Both the position numbers and the translations under genes were made by a program. Shown here piece after piece: positions 39,801 through 50,507 of a stretch of 64,000 nt of DNA (its first letter is position 1; each line of letters opens with the position of its first letter). The notes beneath the pieces are model-generated. The model did no database searches, had not been told where the DNA came from, and was given only the letters and a program-made list of their open reading frames with translations. The DNA is taken from contig NC_135806.1 of the NCBI RefSeq assembly GCF_964213995.1, positions 139,438,001-139,502,000 of the forward strand, written 5' to 3'. The stretch comes from Mustelus asterias. Its lineage: Eukaryota.

Positions 39801-42800
39801 GATACTTGGCTTCCTGATTGGATTTCTTCCAGGAAATAATACTTTTTGGATGTAGTATATGAATAATGTGAGACATGGGCCTTAAACATCCGTCCTGTTT
39901 CCAGGCTGGGATTCTCCGATGCCAGTGTGAGTGAATGGAGTTTTGGCTGGAATCTCTGTAAATTTTTCCCGTTTTTCCTAAGGCGAGCGGCAGAATCTCC
40001 TGATCAGGCCTGATGGATGTAGAATAGTGCCCCTATAGTCTCTGGTGACTGCCCAGATAGGGGTCTGTTCCAGGGAAAAATGAGCCTTCTCCATCCCTCC
40101 AAGTTGTTATTTAAAAATAGGTGAAAAAAAAAGTTGCCTCGTGTGTCTCTCGATTGGGGGAAGAGAATCAAGAATAATGGTCGGAATTTTACTATCCCGC
40201 CCGTCACGGGGAAATGGAGTGGGCGAGGGGCGGATAATGGAAAGGTCCGTTGAACTTGGACAGGGTTTTACGGTTTCAGGACGAGCGAGGTTTACAAGGG
40301 GAGCGCTTCAACAACTCATTAATATAGATAATCATACAGCACAGAAAAGGCCCTTCGGCCCATCGAGCCTGCACTGACAAAATCTGCCACTAAGGCCACA
40401 CTAATCCCATTTTCCAGCTAACCCCTTGTCCCATACCCTTGACGTATGTCAGATCGGAACATTGAAATTAGGAGTGGGAGTAGGAAATTCAGCCCTTCGA
40501 GCCTGCTCTGCAATTTAACATGATCTTGGGCAATCTTATCCTGGTCTCAACTCCACTTTCCTGCCTGCTCCCCATAGCCCTTTATCCCGCTTTTCATCAG
40601 AAACATATCTATCTCTCAAATCTGTTGATTGATTCTGTCTCCACTGCACTCTGGGGCAATGAATTCCAGAGACACTCAACCGCCTGAGAGAAGTAGTTCC
40701 TCCTCATCTCAGCTATGAACCTAACTCCTCTCACTCTATGGGCAGGAATTTTCCGGCCACGCTTGCCCTGAAATCGGAAAATCCCACCCGTGGTCAACGG
40801 ACCTTTCCATCGTCTACCCCTCGACCGCTACAGTGCCCATGGAAGGTGAATCGGGGAAATTCGCCCCAATATCTATGACCTCTCGTTCTGGACTGTTCTA
40901 CAAGGGGGAACATCTGTTCAACATCCACCTTATCAATCCCCTTTAGCATTTTATATACCTCAATCGAATCCCCCCCCCTCATTCGTACAACAGCCCTTTC
41001 ATCCCTGGAATCAATCTGGTGAACCTCCTCTGAATGGCCTCCAATGCCACCACATCCTTGTTCTGTCAGTCCCAACTTCGCACCTTCCACATCATAGAAA
41101 CATAGAAGATAGGAGCAGGAGGAGGCTATTCGGCCCTTCGAGCCTGCTCCGCCATTCATCACGATCATGACTGATCATCCAACTCAATAGCCTAATCCTG
41201 CTTTCTCCCCATAACCTTTGATCCCATTCGCCCCAAGTGCTGTATCCAGCCACCTCTTGAATGCATTTAATATTTTGGCATCAACTCCTTCCTGTGGTAA
41301 TGAATTCCACAGGCTCACCACTCTTTGGGTGAAGAAATTTCTCCTCATGTCTGTCCTAAATGGTCTACCCTGAATCCTCAGACTGTGACCCCTGGTTCTG
41401 GACTCCCCCCCCCCCCCCCCCCCCACCATCGGGAATATCCTCCCTGCATCTACCCTGTCTAGTCCTGTTAGAATTTTATCAATCTCTATGAGATCCCTCC
41501 TCATTCGTCTGAACACCAGCGAAAACAATCCTAACCTAGTCAACTTCTTCTCATACATCAGTCCCACCATCCCCGGAATCAGCCTGGTAAACCTTCGCTG
41601 CACTCCCTCGAGAGCAAGAGCATCCTTCCTCAGAAAAGGAGACCAAAACTGTACACAATACTCTAGGTGTGGTCTCACCAAGGCCCTGTATAATTGCAAC
41701 AACACATCCCTGCTCCTGTACTCGAAACCTCTCGCAATGAAGGCCAACATACCATTTGCCTTCTTTACCGCCTGCTGCACCTGCATGCTTACCTTCAGTG
41801 ACTGGTGCACAAGGACACCCAGATCCCGCTGCACACTCCCCTCTCCCAATTTACAGCCATTCAGGTAGTAATCTGCCTTCTTGTTTTTGCTTCCAAAGTG
41901 AATAACCTCTCATTTATCCAAATTATACTGCATCTGCCATTGATTAGCCCACTCACCCAACCTGTCCAGATCATTCTGAAGGATCTCTGCATCCTCGTCA
42001 CAGTTCACCCTCCCACCCAACTTGGTATCATCTGCAAACTTTGAGATGTTACATTTTGTTCCCTCATCCAAATCATTAATATATATTGTGAATAGCTGGG
42101 GTCCCAGCACCGATCCCTGTGGCACCCCACTAGTTACTGCCTGCCAGTTTGAAAAGCACCCATTAATTCATAATCTTTGTTTCCTCTCTGCCAAACAATT
42201 TTCTGTCCATCTCAATACACATCCTCCAATCACATGTACTTTAATCTTGCTCGATAATTTTTAATGCGGGACTTTGTCAAACACTTTCTGAAAGTCCAAA
42301 TATATCACATTGACTGGTTCCCCCTTGTCAACTCTACTAGTTACATCTTCAAAGAATTCCAACAGATTTGTCAAGCATGATTTCCCCTTCATAAATCCAT
42401 GCTGACTCTGTCTGATCCTGCCACTGCTTTCTAAATGCTCCGCTATAAAGTCCTTGATAATGGATTCGAGAATTTTCCCCACTACCGATGTTAAGCTTAC
42501 TGGTCTATAATTCCCTGTTTTCTCTCTACCTCCCTTTTTGAATATTGGAGTGACATTAGCTATCCTCCAATCTGCAGGGACTGTTCCAGAGTCTATAGAA
42601 CCCTGGAAGATGACCACCTATGCATCCACTATTTCTAGAGCCACTTCCTTAACTACTATGGGATATAGATTATCAGGTCGGGGGATTTATCCACCTTCAA
42701 TCCCATCAGTTTTCCTAGCACCATTTCTCTACTAATATTTATTTCCCTCGGGTCTTCCCTCTCACTAAAATCTTGCATTCTCCAACATTTCTGGCATCTG

Positions 42801-43665
42801 ATTTGCATCCTCCTTTGTGAAGACAGAACCAAAGTATATATTCAGTTGCTCGGCCATTTCTTTGTCCCCTATTATACATTCCCCCGTTTCTGTCTGTAGG
42901 GGACCTACATTTGTCTTCACCAACCTCTTCCTCTTCACGTATCTACAGAAACTCTTAGTGTCAGTCTTTATGTTCCCTGCAAGCTTAATTTCATGCTGTA
43001 TTTTCCCCTTAATCAATCCCTTGGTCCTTCTTTGCTGAATCGTGTCTGCCAATAACGTAGAGCCACCCATAAACAATTATCCAACAATTTGAATTTGCTT
43101 TCTCTCTGCAATAAATCAATTTAAGAACAGTATGATGACAATGGGCAGTCCTCATTTACAATTACAATCATTGGTAAGGCATTCTGACAGGACACAGCTC
43201 ATAACCAATTAGATTCTGAAAGATTCCCTCTCAGTTGCTCTGTTACAAAGCCGCAGAAAGTCAGGCACTTCTGATTGGAGTGGCACGGTGGCACAGTGGT
43301 TTGCACTGCTGCCTCACACCGCCAGGGACCCGGGTTCCATTCCCAGCCTTGGGTCACTGTCTGTGTGGAGTCTGCACGTTCTCCGCGTGTCTGCATGGGT
43401 TTCCTCCGGGTGCTCCGGTTTCCTCCCATGGTCCAAAAGACGTGCAGTTAGGTGGATTGGTCATGTTAAACTCTCCCTCAGTGTACCCGAACAGGCGCCA
43501 GAGTGTGGCGACCAGGGGATTTTCACAGTAACTTCACTGTAGTGTTAATGTAAGCCTACTCGTGACACTGATAAATAAACTTTAAACAATTCAATGTAAA
43601 AAAAAAACCCTGAAACCAAATTTTCTTTTCCAGCTGTAATTTATGCGACTGTCGCAAACCAGTGA
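9797..43665 (+). CDS. SIGLEC15-like: Siglec-15-like Ig-superfamily receptor, spliced gene: join(9797..9854,13824..14213,17699..18064,23655..24029,25033..25098,26694..26762,28964..29032,38995..39066,43634..43665), about 498 aa; SP-IgV-IgV-IgC2-TM-ITIM tail
   Basis: All exons have AG/GT boundaries in phase 1 and join into one open frame (1497 nt). The first V domain carries Siglec-15 hallmarks (WSM..EV, C.FTHP...Y.G, LGNPR.N, Y.CRVEF, YE..HGV). Probably a paralogue rather than the true orthologue. Confidence 0.85.
9975..10400. repeat. Degenerate AT-rich tandem repeat of about 12 bp (tgaatattatac), interrupted by a tRNA-headed SINE (about 10035-10252)
   Basis: Repeated gaatattatact units flank tagctcagttgg...gggttcaattccc. 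Confidence 0.6.
10545..13125. mobile_element. Cluster of degraded CR1 fragments and SINEs (V-SINEs 11463-11768 +, 11938-12225 -)
   Basis: CR1 3' motifs and V-SINE cores. Confidence 0.7.
13824..14213 (+). CDS. Exon 2: Siglec-15-type V-set Ig domain with the sialic-acid-binding Arg (CRVEF, CGC 14147-14149)
   Basis: Acceptor ttgtgttttccag, donor GTGAGG; translation [14 protein letters not shown]...[14 protein letters not shown]...LGNPRKN...YSCRVEF...YELEHGV. Confidence 0.92.
16615..17312 (-). mobile_element. CR1 LINE 3' fragment
   Basis: [15 protein letters not shown]...[14 protein letters not shown]. Confidence 0.88.
17699..18064 (+). CDS. Exon 3: second V-set Ig domain (no essential Arg: YFCHVH)
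   Basis: Acceptor cctccctccctcag, donor GTAAGA; GDSVTLSC...W...[21 protein letters not shown]-set motifs. Confidence 0.9.
18217..19399 (-). mobile_element. Young CR1 LINE 3' fragment (open 370-aa RT C-terminus) inserted into a V-SINE
   Basis: [13 protein letters not shown]...FADDTK...; SINE halves at 18115-18215 and 19400-19460. Confidence 0.9.
19460..20548. mobile_element. GC-rich non-autonomous element with internal palindromes and poly-G tracts
   Basis: Ends gggagaatcgcccc; related pieces at 1-125, 37380-37770, 44170-45650 and 55078-56742. Confidence 0.55.
20865..21508 (-). mobile_element. CR1 LINE 3' fragment
   Basis: [16 protein letters not shown]...WNSLP. Confidence 0.88.
22021..22360 (-). 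mobile_element. HE1-like V-SINE, tail type A (CR1-like)
   Basis: tRNA head, V-domain, tail gggccgaatggcctccttctgcactgtagggtttctat; near-identical to 45995-46340. Confidence 0.88.
22747..23480 (-). mobile_element. CR1 LINE 3' fragment
   Basis: [11 protein letters not shown]...[13 protein letters not shown]. Confidence 0.82.
23655..24029 (+). CDS. Exon 4: C2-set Ig domain plus transmembrane helix
   Basis: Acceptor tttccttccccaag (in-frame alternative AG gives a start at 23661), donor GTGAGC; C...PPANITW...[12 protein letters not shown], then hydrophobic [25 protein letters not shown]. Confidence 0.9.
25033..25098 (+). CDS. Exon 5 (candidate): cytoplasmic repeat exon [22 protein letters not shown], Tyr replaced by Asn
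   Basis: tatctttgacag acceptor, GTATAG donor, 66 nt, phase 1-1; paralogue of the exon at 26694. Confidence 0.55.
25153..25463 (+). mobile_element. HE1-like V-SINE inserted in the intron after duplicated exon 5
   Basis: Absent from the paralogous intron after 26762. Confidence 0.85.
25645..26030 (-). mobile_element. Second shark SINE family (possibly SacSINE1-like); further copies at about 60470-60690(+) and 62325-62590(-)
   Basis: Shared gaaggaaatctgc.gtccttacc.ggtctggcctacatgtg core and agggatgggcaa.aaatgctg tail. Confidence 0.55.
26694..26762 (+). CDS. Exon 6: cytoplasmic repeat exon [23 protein letters not shown] (ITIM-like)
   Basis: tatttttgacag acceptor, GTATAG donor, 69 nt, phase 1-1. 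Confidence 0.65.
26821..26970 (-). mobile_element. Penelope-type pLTR remnant with a degenerate hammerhead (about 26897-26930)
   Basis: Minus strand CTGATGA-AAGGTC-TTT-GAGCT-GAAATGT next to the aaaacagaaaatgc terminus. Confidence 0.5.
27400..28337 (+). mobile_element. CR1 LINE 3' fragment
   Basis: ISKFADDTK...; (ttctttg)n tail. Confidence 0.9.
28964..29032 (+). CDS. Exon 7: cytoplasmic ITIM exon [23 protein letters not shown]
   Basis: Long pyrimidine tract plus TAG acceptor, GTAAGG donor, 69 nt, LVYAVI motif. Confidence 0.8.
29130..30770 (+). mobile_element. CR1 LINE, frameshifted RT region
   Basis: [26 protein letters not shown] and FADDTK in separate frames. Confidence 0.88.
31212..31430 (-). 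mobile_element. L2-type LINE 3' end with (aaatc)n tail; a + copy lies at 37612-37668
   Basis: tttgatttgatttgatttattattgtca terminus. Confidence 0.6.
32097..32138 (-). ncRNA. Minimal hammerhead ribozyme motif (mirror copy)
   Basis: Reverse complement of 35668-35709. Confidence 0.7.
35668..35709 (+). ncRNA. Minimal type-I hammerhead ribozyme motif in the pLTR
   Basis: CAC-CUGAAGA-AGGGGC-UUAGA-GCUUU-GAAA-GC-UU-GUG: conserved core, stem II and palindromic AGCU stem III. Confidence 0.7.
38205..38720 (+). mobile_element. CR1 LINE 3' fragment
   Basis: [14 protein letters not shown] and CR1 3' UTR. Confidence 0.8.
38995..39066 (+). CDS. Exon 8: cytoplasmic tyrosine exon [24 protein letters not shown]
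   Basis: tgtcctttccag acceptor, GTAAGG donor, 72 nt, phase 1-1, YSNV motif. Confidence 0.78.
39351..39667 (-). mobile_element. HE1-like V-SINE (tail A); further copies at 44490-44832(+), 45995-46340(-), 58427-58730(+), 61305-61648(-)
   Basis: tRNA head, V-domain and CR1-like tail. Confidence 0.85.
40740..40866. mobile_element. Short MITE-like element with imperfect TIRs (GGGCAGGAATTTTCC / GGGGAAATTCGCCC) inserted in a CR1
   Basis: Interrupts CR1 text; relatives at about 40179-40290 and 57470-57600. Confidence 0.55.
41091..43040 (-). mobile_element. CR1 LINE RT region, degraded
   Basis: [36 protein letters not shown]. Confidence 0.9.
43634..43665 (+). CDS. Exon 9: terminal ITIM exon [10 protein letters not shown]-stop
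   Basis: ttttcttttccag acceptor, canonical VIYATV ITIM, TGA at 43663-43665. Confidence 0.78.
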
Positions 43666-46600
43666 AACAGTACCAAGAGGTGAGGGACATGTAACTCTTT
43701 ATCTGACCAAAAAACAGATCAACATATGGGACTGGAGCAGGCCATTCGGCCCCTCAGGTGTTGAGGACAATGTGTTTATAACAGTTTTGGTTGAGTTAAA
43801 GAGTGCATATTGAATTGGAGTTCCGACACACGGTACCATGTGCCCCAGAATGGAGGCTTCAGGAGTTCTCCACCTTGGTAACATCACCATGGCAACCACC
43901 ACAGAAGAGAGCAGCTAGATTCTTCTGAAGAAAGATGGACTTTTATTTCGATAGCGCCTTTCACGATCTCGGGCTATCCCTTCATGGCCAATGAAGTACT
44001 TCTGAAGGCACTGGTGTAGCGTTGGAAGCTTGATTGTCCTTTTTCAGGGGTGTGTGTGCCTTTGAGAAATATATTTTATCATATTTCTTGTGAGGGGTAT
44101 GTTTAAAATTCAGCTCTGTTTTTCAGGGTGCTGGTTTGTCTAGGCAAGTCTGTAAATCAGCAGCTGGGAGAGCAAGGTTGGTACTCATTTTAGACATGGA
44201 GAGAGCAATCTTACCAGCTCATCGCACCGGTCGATTGGTGGGATAAGCCAGTAAGATTGGCAAGAGGCTAAAAATCAGGGTGGCACCCGGTTTTTCGCTT
44301 CTCTCGATGTTACTGACACTGATTTGCTGGTGAAATCGATTTCAATGTGCATTACCTTATTCAAATGTAGTTAGTGATTCCCGGACACTATCGTCCTGGC
44401 CTGATCGCCGGGTGAGGTCCTCACTGGTGAGGACCATGTATCGGCCCCAACAACGGGGACCAGATATGTTGGCCTCACCGGTGGGACCTGGGGCGGCCCG
44501 GTGGCACAGTGGTTAGCACTGCTGCTTCACAGCTCCAGGGACCTGGGCTCGATTCCCGGCTTGGGTCACTGTCTGTGTGGAGTTTGCACATTCTCCCCGT
44601 GTCTGCGTGGGTTTCCTCCGGGTGCTCCAGTTTCCTCCCACAGTCCAAAGATGTGCGGGTTAGGTTAATTGGCCATGCTAAAATTGTCCCTTAGTGTCCT
44701 GAGATGTGTAGGTTAGAGGGATTAGCGGATAAAATATGCAGGGATATGGAGGTAGGGCCTGGGTGGGATTATGGTCGGTGCAGACTCGATGGGCCGAATG
44801 GTCTCTTTCTGCACTGTAGGGATTCTATGATTTGAAGCCCCCCAGGCTGCCCTTTTTCCCAGGGCAGAAATGACAATTACAAGGGGGCACAAGTTCAAGG
44901 TAAGGGGGGGGAGAAGGTTCAGTGGAGATGTGCGGGGGGAAGATTTTTACACAGAGGGTGGTGGGGGTCCAGAATGCACTGCCAAGTGAGGTGGTTGAGG
45001 CAGTTACGTTAATGACATTTAAGACTAATCTGGATAGGCACATGAACAGGCGGGGGATAGAGGGTACAGGCGGCTGGTCTAGAAAGGACAACATGATCGG
45101 CGCAGGTTTGGTGGGCCGAAGGGCCTGTTCATGTGCTGTTCTTTGTTCTTTGTTCTTTGTGTTTGGGAACAAGGGTGGCCTCTACATAGAAGCAGCAGTG
45201 CTAACCACTGTGCCACCTTGGGTACTGCTAACATGGCACTGCCAGCCTGGCACCCTAGCGGTGCCCGCTGGGCAGTGCAAAGGGGCGGGACCTGAGGTGT
45301 TGGGGTCTGAAGGGGCAATGTTTGAAGGAAGCAGGGTCTGAAGGGAGTGAGGCCATGTTGAGGTGAGGTGATGACAGGGGGAGGATGGGTGGAAGCTCCG
45401 TGGGGGCGGGGGGGGGGGGAGAGTAGGGAGAACTCTGCATTCTGGGAGATGGGAGTCGGCGGGGGCAGTGATCGGGAGGGTTGATTGGCCGAGTAGTGAT
45501 CAGAAGGTGGGGGGTAGAGAGATGATCGGCTGGGATGGTGAGCGAGAGGGGGGCAGGGCAATTGGTGGTGGGATGATGTCTGGGGTGGCGATCAGTGGGG
45601 GGATGGCGATGTCGGGGGCTCCCCCCCGGGTTTTCAGTGTGGAGCTTTGATTAAATTGACTGACGGAAACAGAGCCATGTGCTTAATGGGAGGAGCTAAG
45701 CTTTGCAGCAAGAAAGTTTCATTTTAAAATACCAGCAGTTGCTGCCTGCGCCACTAAAATAAACAAGTGTCTTTCTGTCTCTACAAAGTTGTTCTGAAAG
45801 TTCCAAGACTGTTAACCTAAGACAAGAAAGTATGCCTGCATTTCACTAACTAATTTTAAAGTGGGGGTTTAAGTCTATAGAGGAACATTGCTTGAATTGG
45901 AACTCATAGGGATAGATTAGCAGTTAAGAATTGTGTCTTGTCATATTTAAATACTGTTCAATTGTTAACAGTTAAGCCAATTCATTTGTTATACATAGAC
46001 ATAGAAACATAGAAACCCTACAGTGCAGAAGGAGGCCATTCGGCCCATCGAGTCTGCACCGACCACAATCCCACCCAGGCCCTACCCCCACATATTTTAC
46101 CCGCTAATCCCTCTAACCTACACATCCCAGGACTCTAAGGGGCAATTTTTAACCTGGCCAATCAACCTATCCCGCACATCTTTGGACTGTGGGAGGAAAC
46201 CGGAGCACCCGGAGGAAACCCACGCAGACACGAGGAGAATGTGCAAACTCCACACAGACAGTGACCCGAGCCGGGAATCGAACTCAGGACCCTGGAGCTG
46301 TGAAGCAGCAGTGCTAACCACTGTGCTACCGTGCCGCCCATATAGTTAAACTGTTGCAAGATAAAGTTTTGTTTGATAAAATCTTCCCAGTTTGTCAGTA
46401 GAATCGCTCCTAGGGTGAAACATAGTATGAATACCAAAATAGCAAATTCTTGGGGTCTAGTCTGGCTACACAAAATACCTTGGTGTTTCTGATCTGGTCA
46501 CTAACATGTGTTGTCACTGGCTAGGCCAGCAGTTATTGTTCATCCCTTGTTGTCCTTGAGAAGGTGGTGATGAGCGGATATCCAGGATTTTGACCCAGCG

Positions 46601-47396
46601 ACAATGTCAGAATGGTGAGTGACTTCAAGGTGAACCTCCAGGTGGTGCTGTTCCCAGGTATCTGCTGCCCTCGTTCTTCTAGGTGGTAAAGATTGTGGGT
46701 TTGGAAATCAAATTGTGCACAGCAAGATCCCAACCAACAGCAATGTAATAATGATCAGATCATCTGTTTTTCCATGTTAGCTGAGGGATACAATTTTTTG
46801 AGAACTGCCTTTGTAATCACGCATGTTCTCACATTTTGTCTGAAAAGGTATTTATTAATTAGGGAAAACTGTACAGGGGCCAGCAGTCCCCTGCTGTCCG
46901 GAGTACCCCACCAGCTGCCCCAGTCCCTTCATGCCTGCTACATGTCTGCAGTATATCTTCTGCCTAAGAGAGAGCTCCACCCCCTGAGGTGATCACCCAC
47001 TCTCATCCTCATAGGTCCTCCAAGCCAGATGACCCTTACTCTGCTGTGTTGCCCTTAAAGGGACAATGACCACAATCACCACATCCCTCCCCCTTTAACT
47101 CCTTTATGCAATCTTCATTAACTGAGTTACTCAAGTTCAAATTCTAACTAAACATTATACACGTGAGTTGGACAATTATAAGTCGAGTCTTTGGAGGGTT
47201 TTTCTATTCCTTGTAGAATGGTGTAGATCTGTTTGCAGGAGATGCTTCCACAGGACGAACATTAACAGGAACTGCAATTAATGGATTCCTCTTCTGGTCC
47301 AGGCAGTTCATTACTCATTACTCCCACAGAGACATCAATTATATCGATAACTGGTCGATCAGGTACTTCCAGGTTTGGAAACATTCCTTGATGGCT

Positions 47397-49688
47397 CATA
47401 GAACCATAGAAAATTACAGCTCAGAAACAGGCCTTTTGGCCCTTCTTGTCTGTGCCGAACCATTTTTTGCCTAGCCCCACTGACCTGCACTTGGACCATA
47501 TCCCTCCACACCCCTCTCATCCATGAACCCGTCCAAGTTTTTCCTAAATGTTAAAAGTGACCCCGCATTTACCACTTTATCCGGCAGCTCATTCCACACT
47601 CCCACCACTCTCTGCGTGAAGCAGCCCCCCCTAATATTCCCTTTAAACTTTTCTCCTTTCACCCTTAACCCATGCCCTCTGGTTTTTTTTCTCCCCTAGC
47701 CTCAGCGGAAAAAGGCTGCTTGCATTCACTCTATCTATACCCATCAAAATCTTATACACCTCTATCAAATCTCCCCTCAATCTTCTACGCTCCAGGGAAT
47801 AAAGTCCCAACCTATTCAATCTCTCTCTGTAACTCAGCTTCTCAAGTCCCGGCAACATCCTTGTGAACCTTCTCTGCACTCTTTCAACCTTATTTACATC
47901 CTTCCTGTAACTAGGTGACCAAAACTGTACACAATACTCCAAATTCGGCCTCACCAATGCCTTATATAACCTTACCATAACACTCCAACTTTTATACTCG
48001 ATACTCCGATTTATAAAGGCCAAAGTACCAAAGGCACTCTTTACGACCCTATCCACCTGTGACGTCACTTTTAGGGAATTCTGTACCTGTATTCCCAGAT
48101 CCCTCTGTTCAACTGCACTCTTCAGAGTCCTACCATTTACCCTGTACGTTCTACTTTGGTTTGTCCTTCCAATGTGCAATATCTCACACTTGTCTGCGTT
48201 AAATTCCATTTGCCATTTTTCAGCCCATTTTTCTAGTTGGTCCAAATCCCTCTGCAAGCTTTGAAAACCTTCCTCACTGTCCACTACACCTCCAATCTTT
48301 GTATCATCAGCAAACTTGCTGATCCAATTTACCACATTATTATCCAGATCATTGATATAGATGACAAACAACAATGGACCCAACACCGATCCCTGCGGCA
48401 CACCACTAGTCACAGGCCTCCACTCAGAGAAGCAATCCTCCACAACCACTCTCTGGCTTCTTCCATTGATAGAGTAAGAAGTCTCACAACACCAGGTTAA
48501 AGTCCAACAGGTTTATTTGGTAGCAAATACCATAAGCTTTCGGAGCAATGCTCCTTCGTCTCCACATCAGTTCTTCCATTGAGCCAGTGTCTAATCCAAT
48601 TTACTACCTCCCCATGTATACCTAGCGACTGAACCTTCCTAACTAACCTCCCATGAGGGACCTTGTCAAAGGCTTGTCTCCACATCAGTTCTTCCATTGA
48701 GCCAGTGTCTAATCCAATTTACTACCTCCCCATGTATACCTAGCGACTGAACCTTCCTAACTAACCTCCCATGAGGGACCTTGTCAAAGGCTTTGCTGAA
48801 ATCCAGGTTGACAACATCCACCGCCTTCCCTTCATCCACTTTCCTGGTAACCGCCTCGAAAAACTCTAATAGATTTGTCAAACATGACCTACCACGCACA
48901 AAGCCATGTTGACTCTCCCTAATAAGTCCCTGTCTATCCAAATATTTGTAGATCCTATCCCTTATCACACCTTCCAATAACTTGCCCACCACCGACGTCA
49001 AACTTACTGGCCTATAATTTCCCGGATTTCTTTTGGAACCTTTTTTAAACAACGGAACAACATGAGCCACCCTCCAATCATCCGGCACCTCCCCCGTGAA
49101 TACTGACATTTTAAATCTGTCTGCCAGGGCCCCTGCAAGTTCAACGCTAGCTTCCCTCAAGGTCCGTGGGAATACCCTGTCCGGTCCTGGGGATTTATCC
49201 ACTCTGATTTGCCTCAAGACAGCGAGCACCTCCTCCCCTTTAATCTGTAAAGGTTCCATGACCTCCCTACCTGTTTGCCCTATTTCCGTAGACTCCATGC
49301 CCGTTTCCTCAGTAAATACGGATGCAAAAAAACCATTTGGTATCTCCCCCATCTCTTTTGGTTCCATACACAGTCTACCACTCTGGTCTTCAAGAGGACC
49401 AATTTTATCCCTCACTATCCTTTTGCTCCTAACATACCTATAGAAGCTCTTTGGATTTTCCTTCACTCTGTCTGCCAAGGCAACCTCATGTCTTCTTTTA
49501 GCCCTCCTGATTTCCCTCTTAAGTAGCTTCTTGCACTTTTTATACTCCTCGAGCATCTGATCCGTTCCTTGCTGCCTGTACATTTCATACAACTCTCTCT
49601 TCCTCTTAATCAGTGTTACAATCTCCCTCGAGAACCAAGGTTCCTTATTCCTATTTACTTTGCCTTTAATCCTGACAGGAACATACAA
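47397..49688 (-). mobile_element. Young CR1 LINE interrupted by a mini-Penelope insert and a 118-bp tandem duplication
   Basis: ORFs 48666-49691 and 47643-48449 encode contiguous RT parts. Confidence 0.9.
48470..48570 (-). mobile_element. Penelope pLTR insert of about 100 bp with a partial hammerhead and 12-bp TSD TTCTTCCATTGA
   Basis: TSD at 48458-48469 and 48571-48582; minus strand GACGA-AGGAGC-ATT-GCTCC-GAAA-GCTT; homologous to 32036-32130. Confidence 0.75.
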
Positions 49689-50192
49689 CATAGGCTCATT
49701 GAGACCTTGAGGCTTGCGTGTGTTTAAACATAGACACTTCTATTGGTAAGCTTTAACAATGTACAGTACCAGATATAGTCTTGAATGGAGCTGTTCCATT
49801 CCCGGGAACATTTCAGCAAGCTTGTTCTGGCACGTAATCTCAGTTTCTCTGAGTTGCTGATTCTGCTGTCAATTTCACTGTTTTTACCTCTTCCATTAAT
49901 TTCTCATTATCAAGCTTCCTTCTTCAAGCGCTTACTCTCCAGATTCAATTCTTCACTGGGCTTGTTATTTTCTAGTTGCTTTTTCATGGAATTCAGTTTA
50001 TTCTACATTGTCTCATTCATTTAACCTACTTCTTAAGTTTATTTTGTCAATTCTTGACACTTTTCTTGAAATCTTTAAGAAGAGAGAGAGAAAAGAAATT
50101 ACAGCACAGGAACAGGTCCTTCGGCCCTCCAAGCCTGCTCCCACCATGTTTTTTTAAACAAATTCTCACTTTGTAAACGCCCTTTCTATTAC

Positions 50193-50507
50193 TGTGGTGA
50201 ACCATCGTTGGTTACCACTGTGGGGTTATTCTAATGTTGTTGTTGGGCTAGGGTGTTGACACTGTGGGGTTGTTATAATGTTGTTGGGCTAGGGTGTTTA
50301 CACTGTGGGATTAATACACCTGTGGTGGTTGCTGTTGTGGCACATCCCAGTCGGGCCCCGCCTCCTGGGAGAGGTATAAGACCCTCTGCTCGGGCGGGAC
50401 CCCTCCAGTCTGGAATGGTGTACTCCTGTTTAAATAGTTCCATTGTTAGACAATAAAAGCCTTCAATTACAGAAGCCTTGTGTCTTGTGCTCGATTATCG
50501 TGCATCA
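50193..50507 (+). repeat. 5' LTR (315 bp)
   Basis: TGTGG...CATCA, TATA-like GGTATAAG at about 50373, AATAAA 50452-50457. Confidence 0.93.

Noticed and set aside
9797-43665. Calling the gene the SIGLEC15 orthologue outright
   Set aside because: The extra V domain, missing TM Lys and ITIM tail differ from Siglec-15, and no syntenic neighbour is visible in the window.
50210-50310. Regularly spaced repeats in the LTR and at 56200-56410 that resemble a CRISPR array
   Set aside because: Eukaryotic tandem repeats with no unique spacers and no cas genes.
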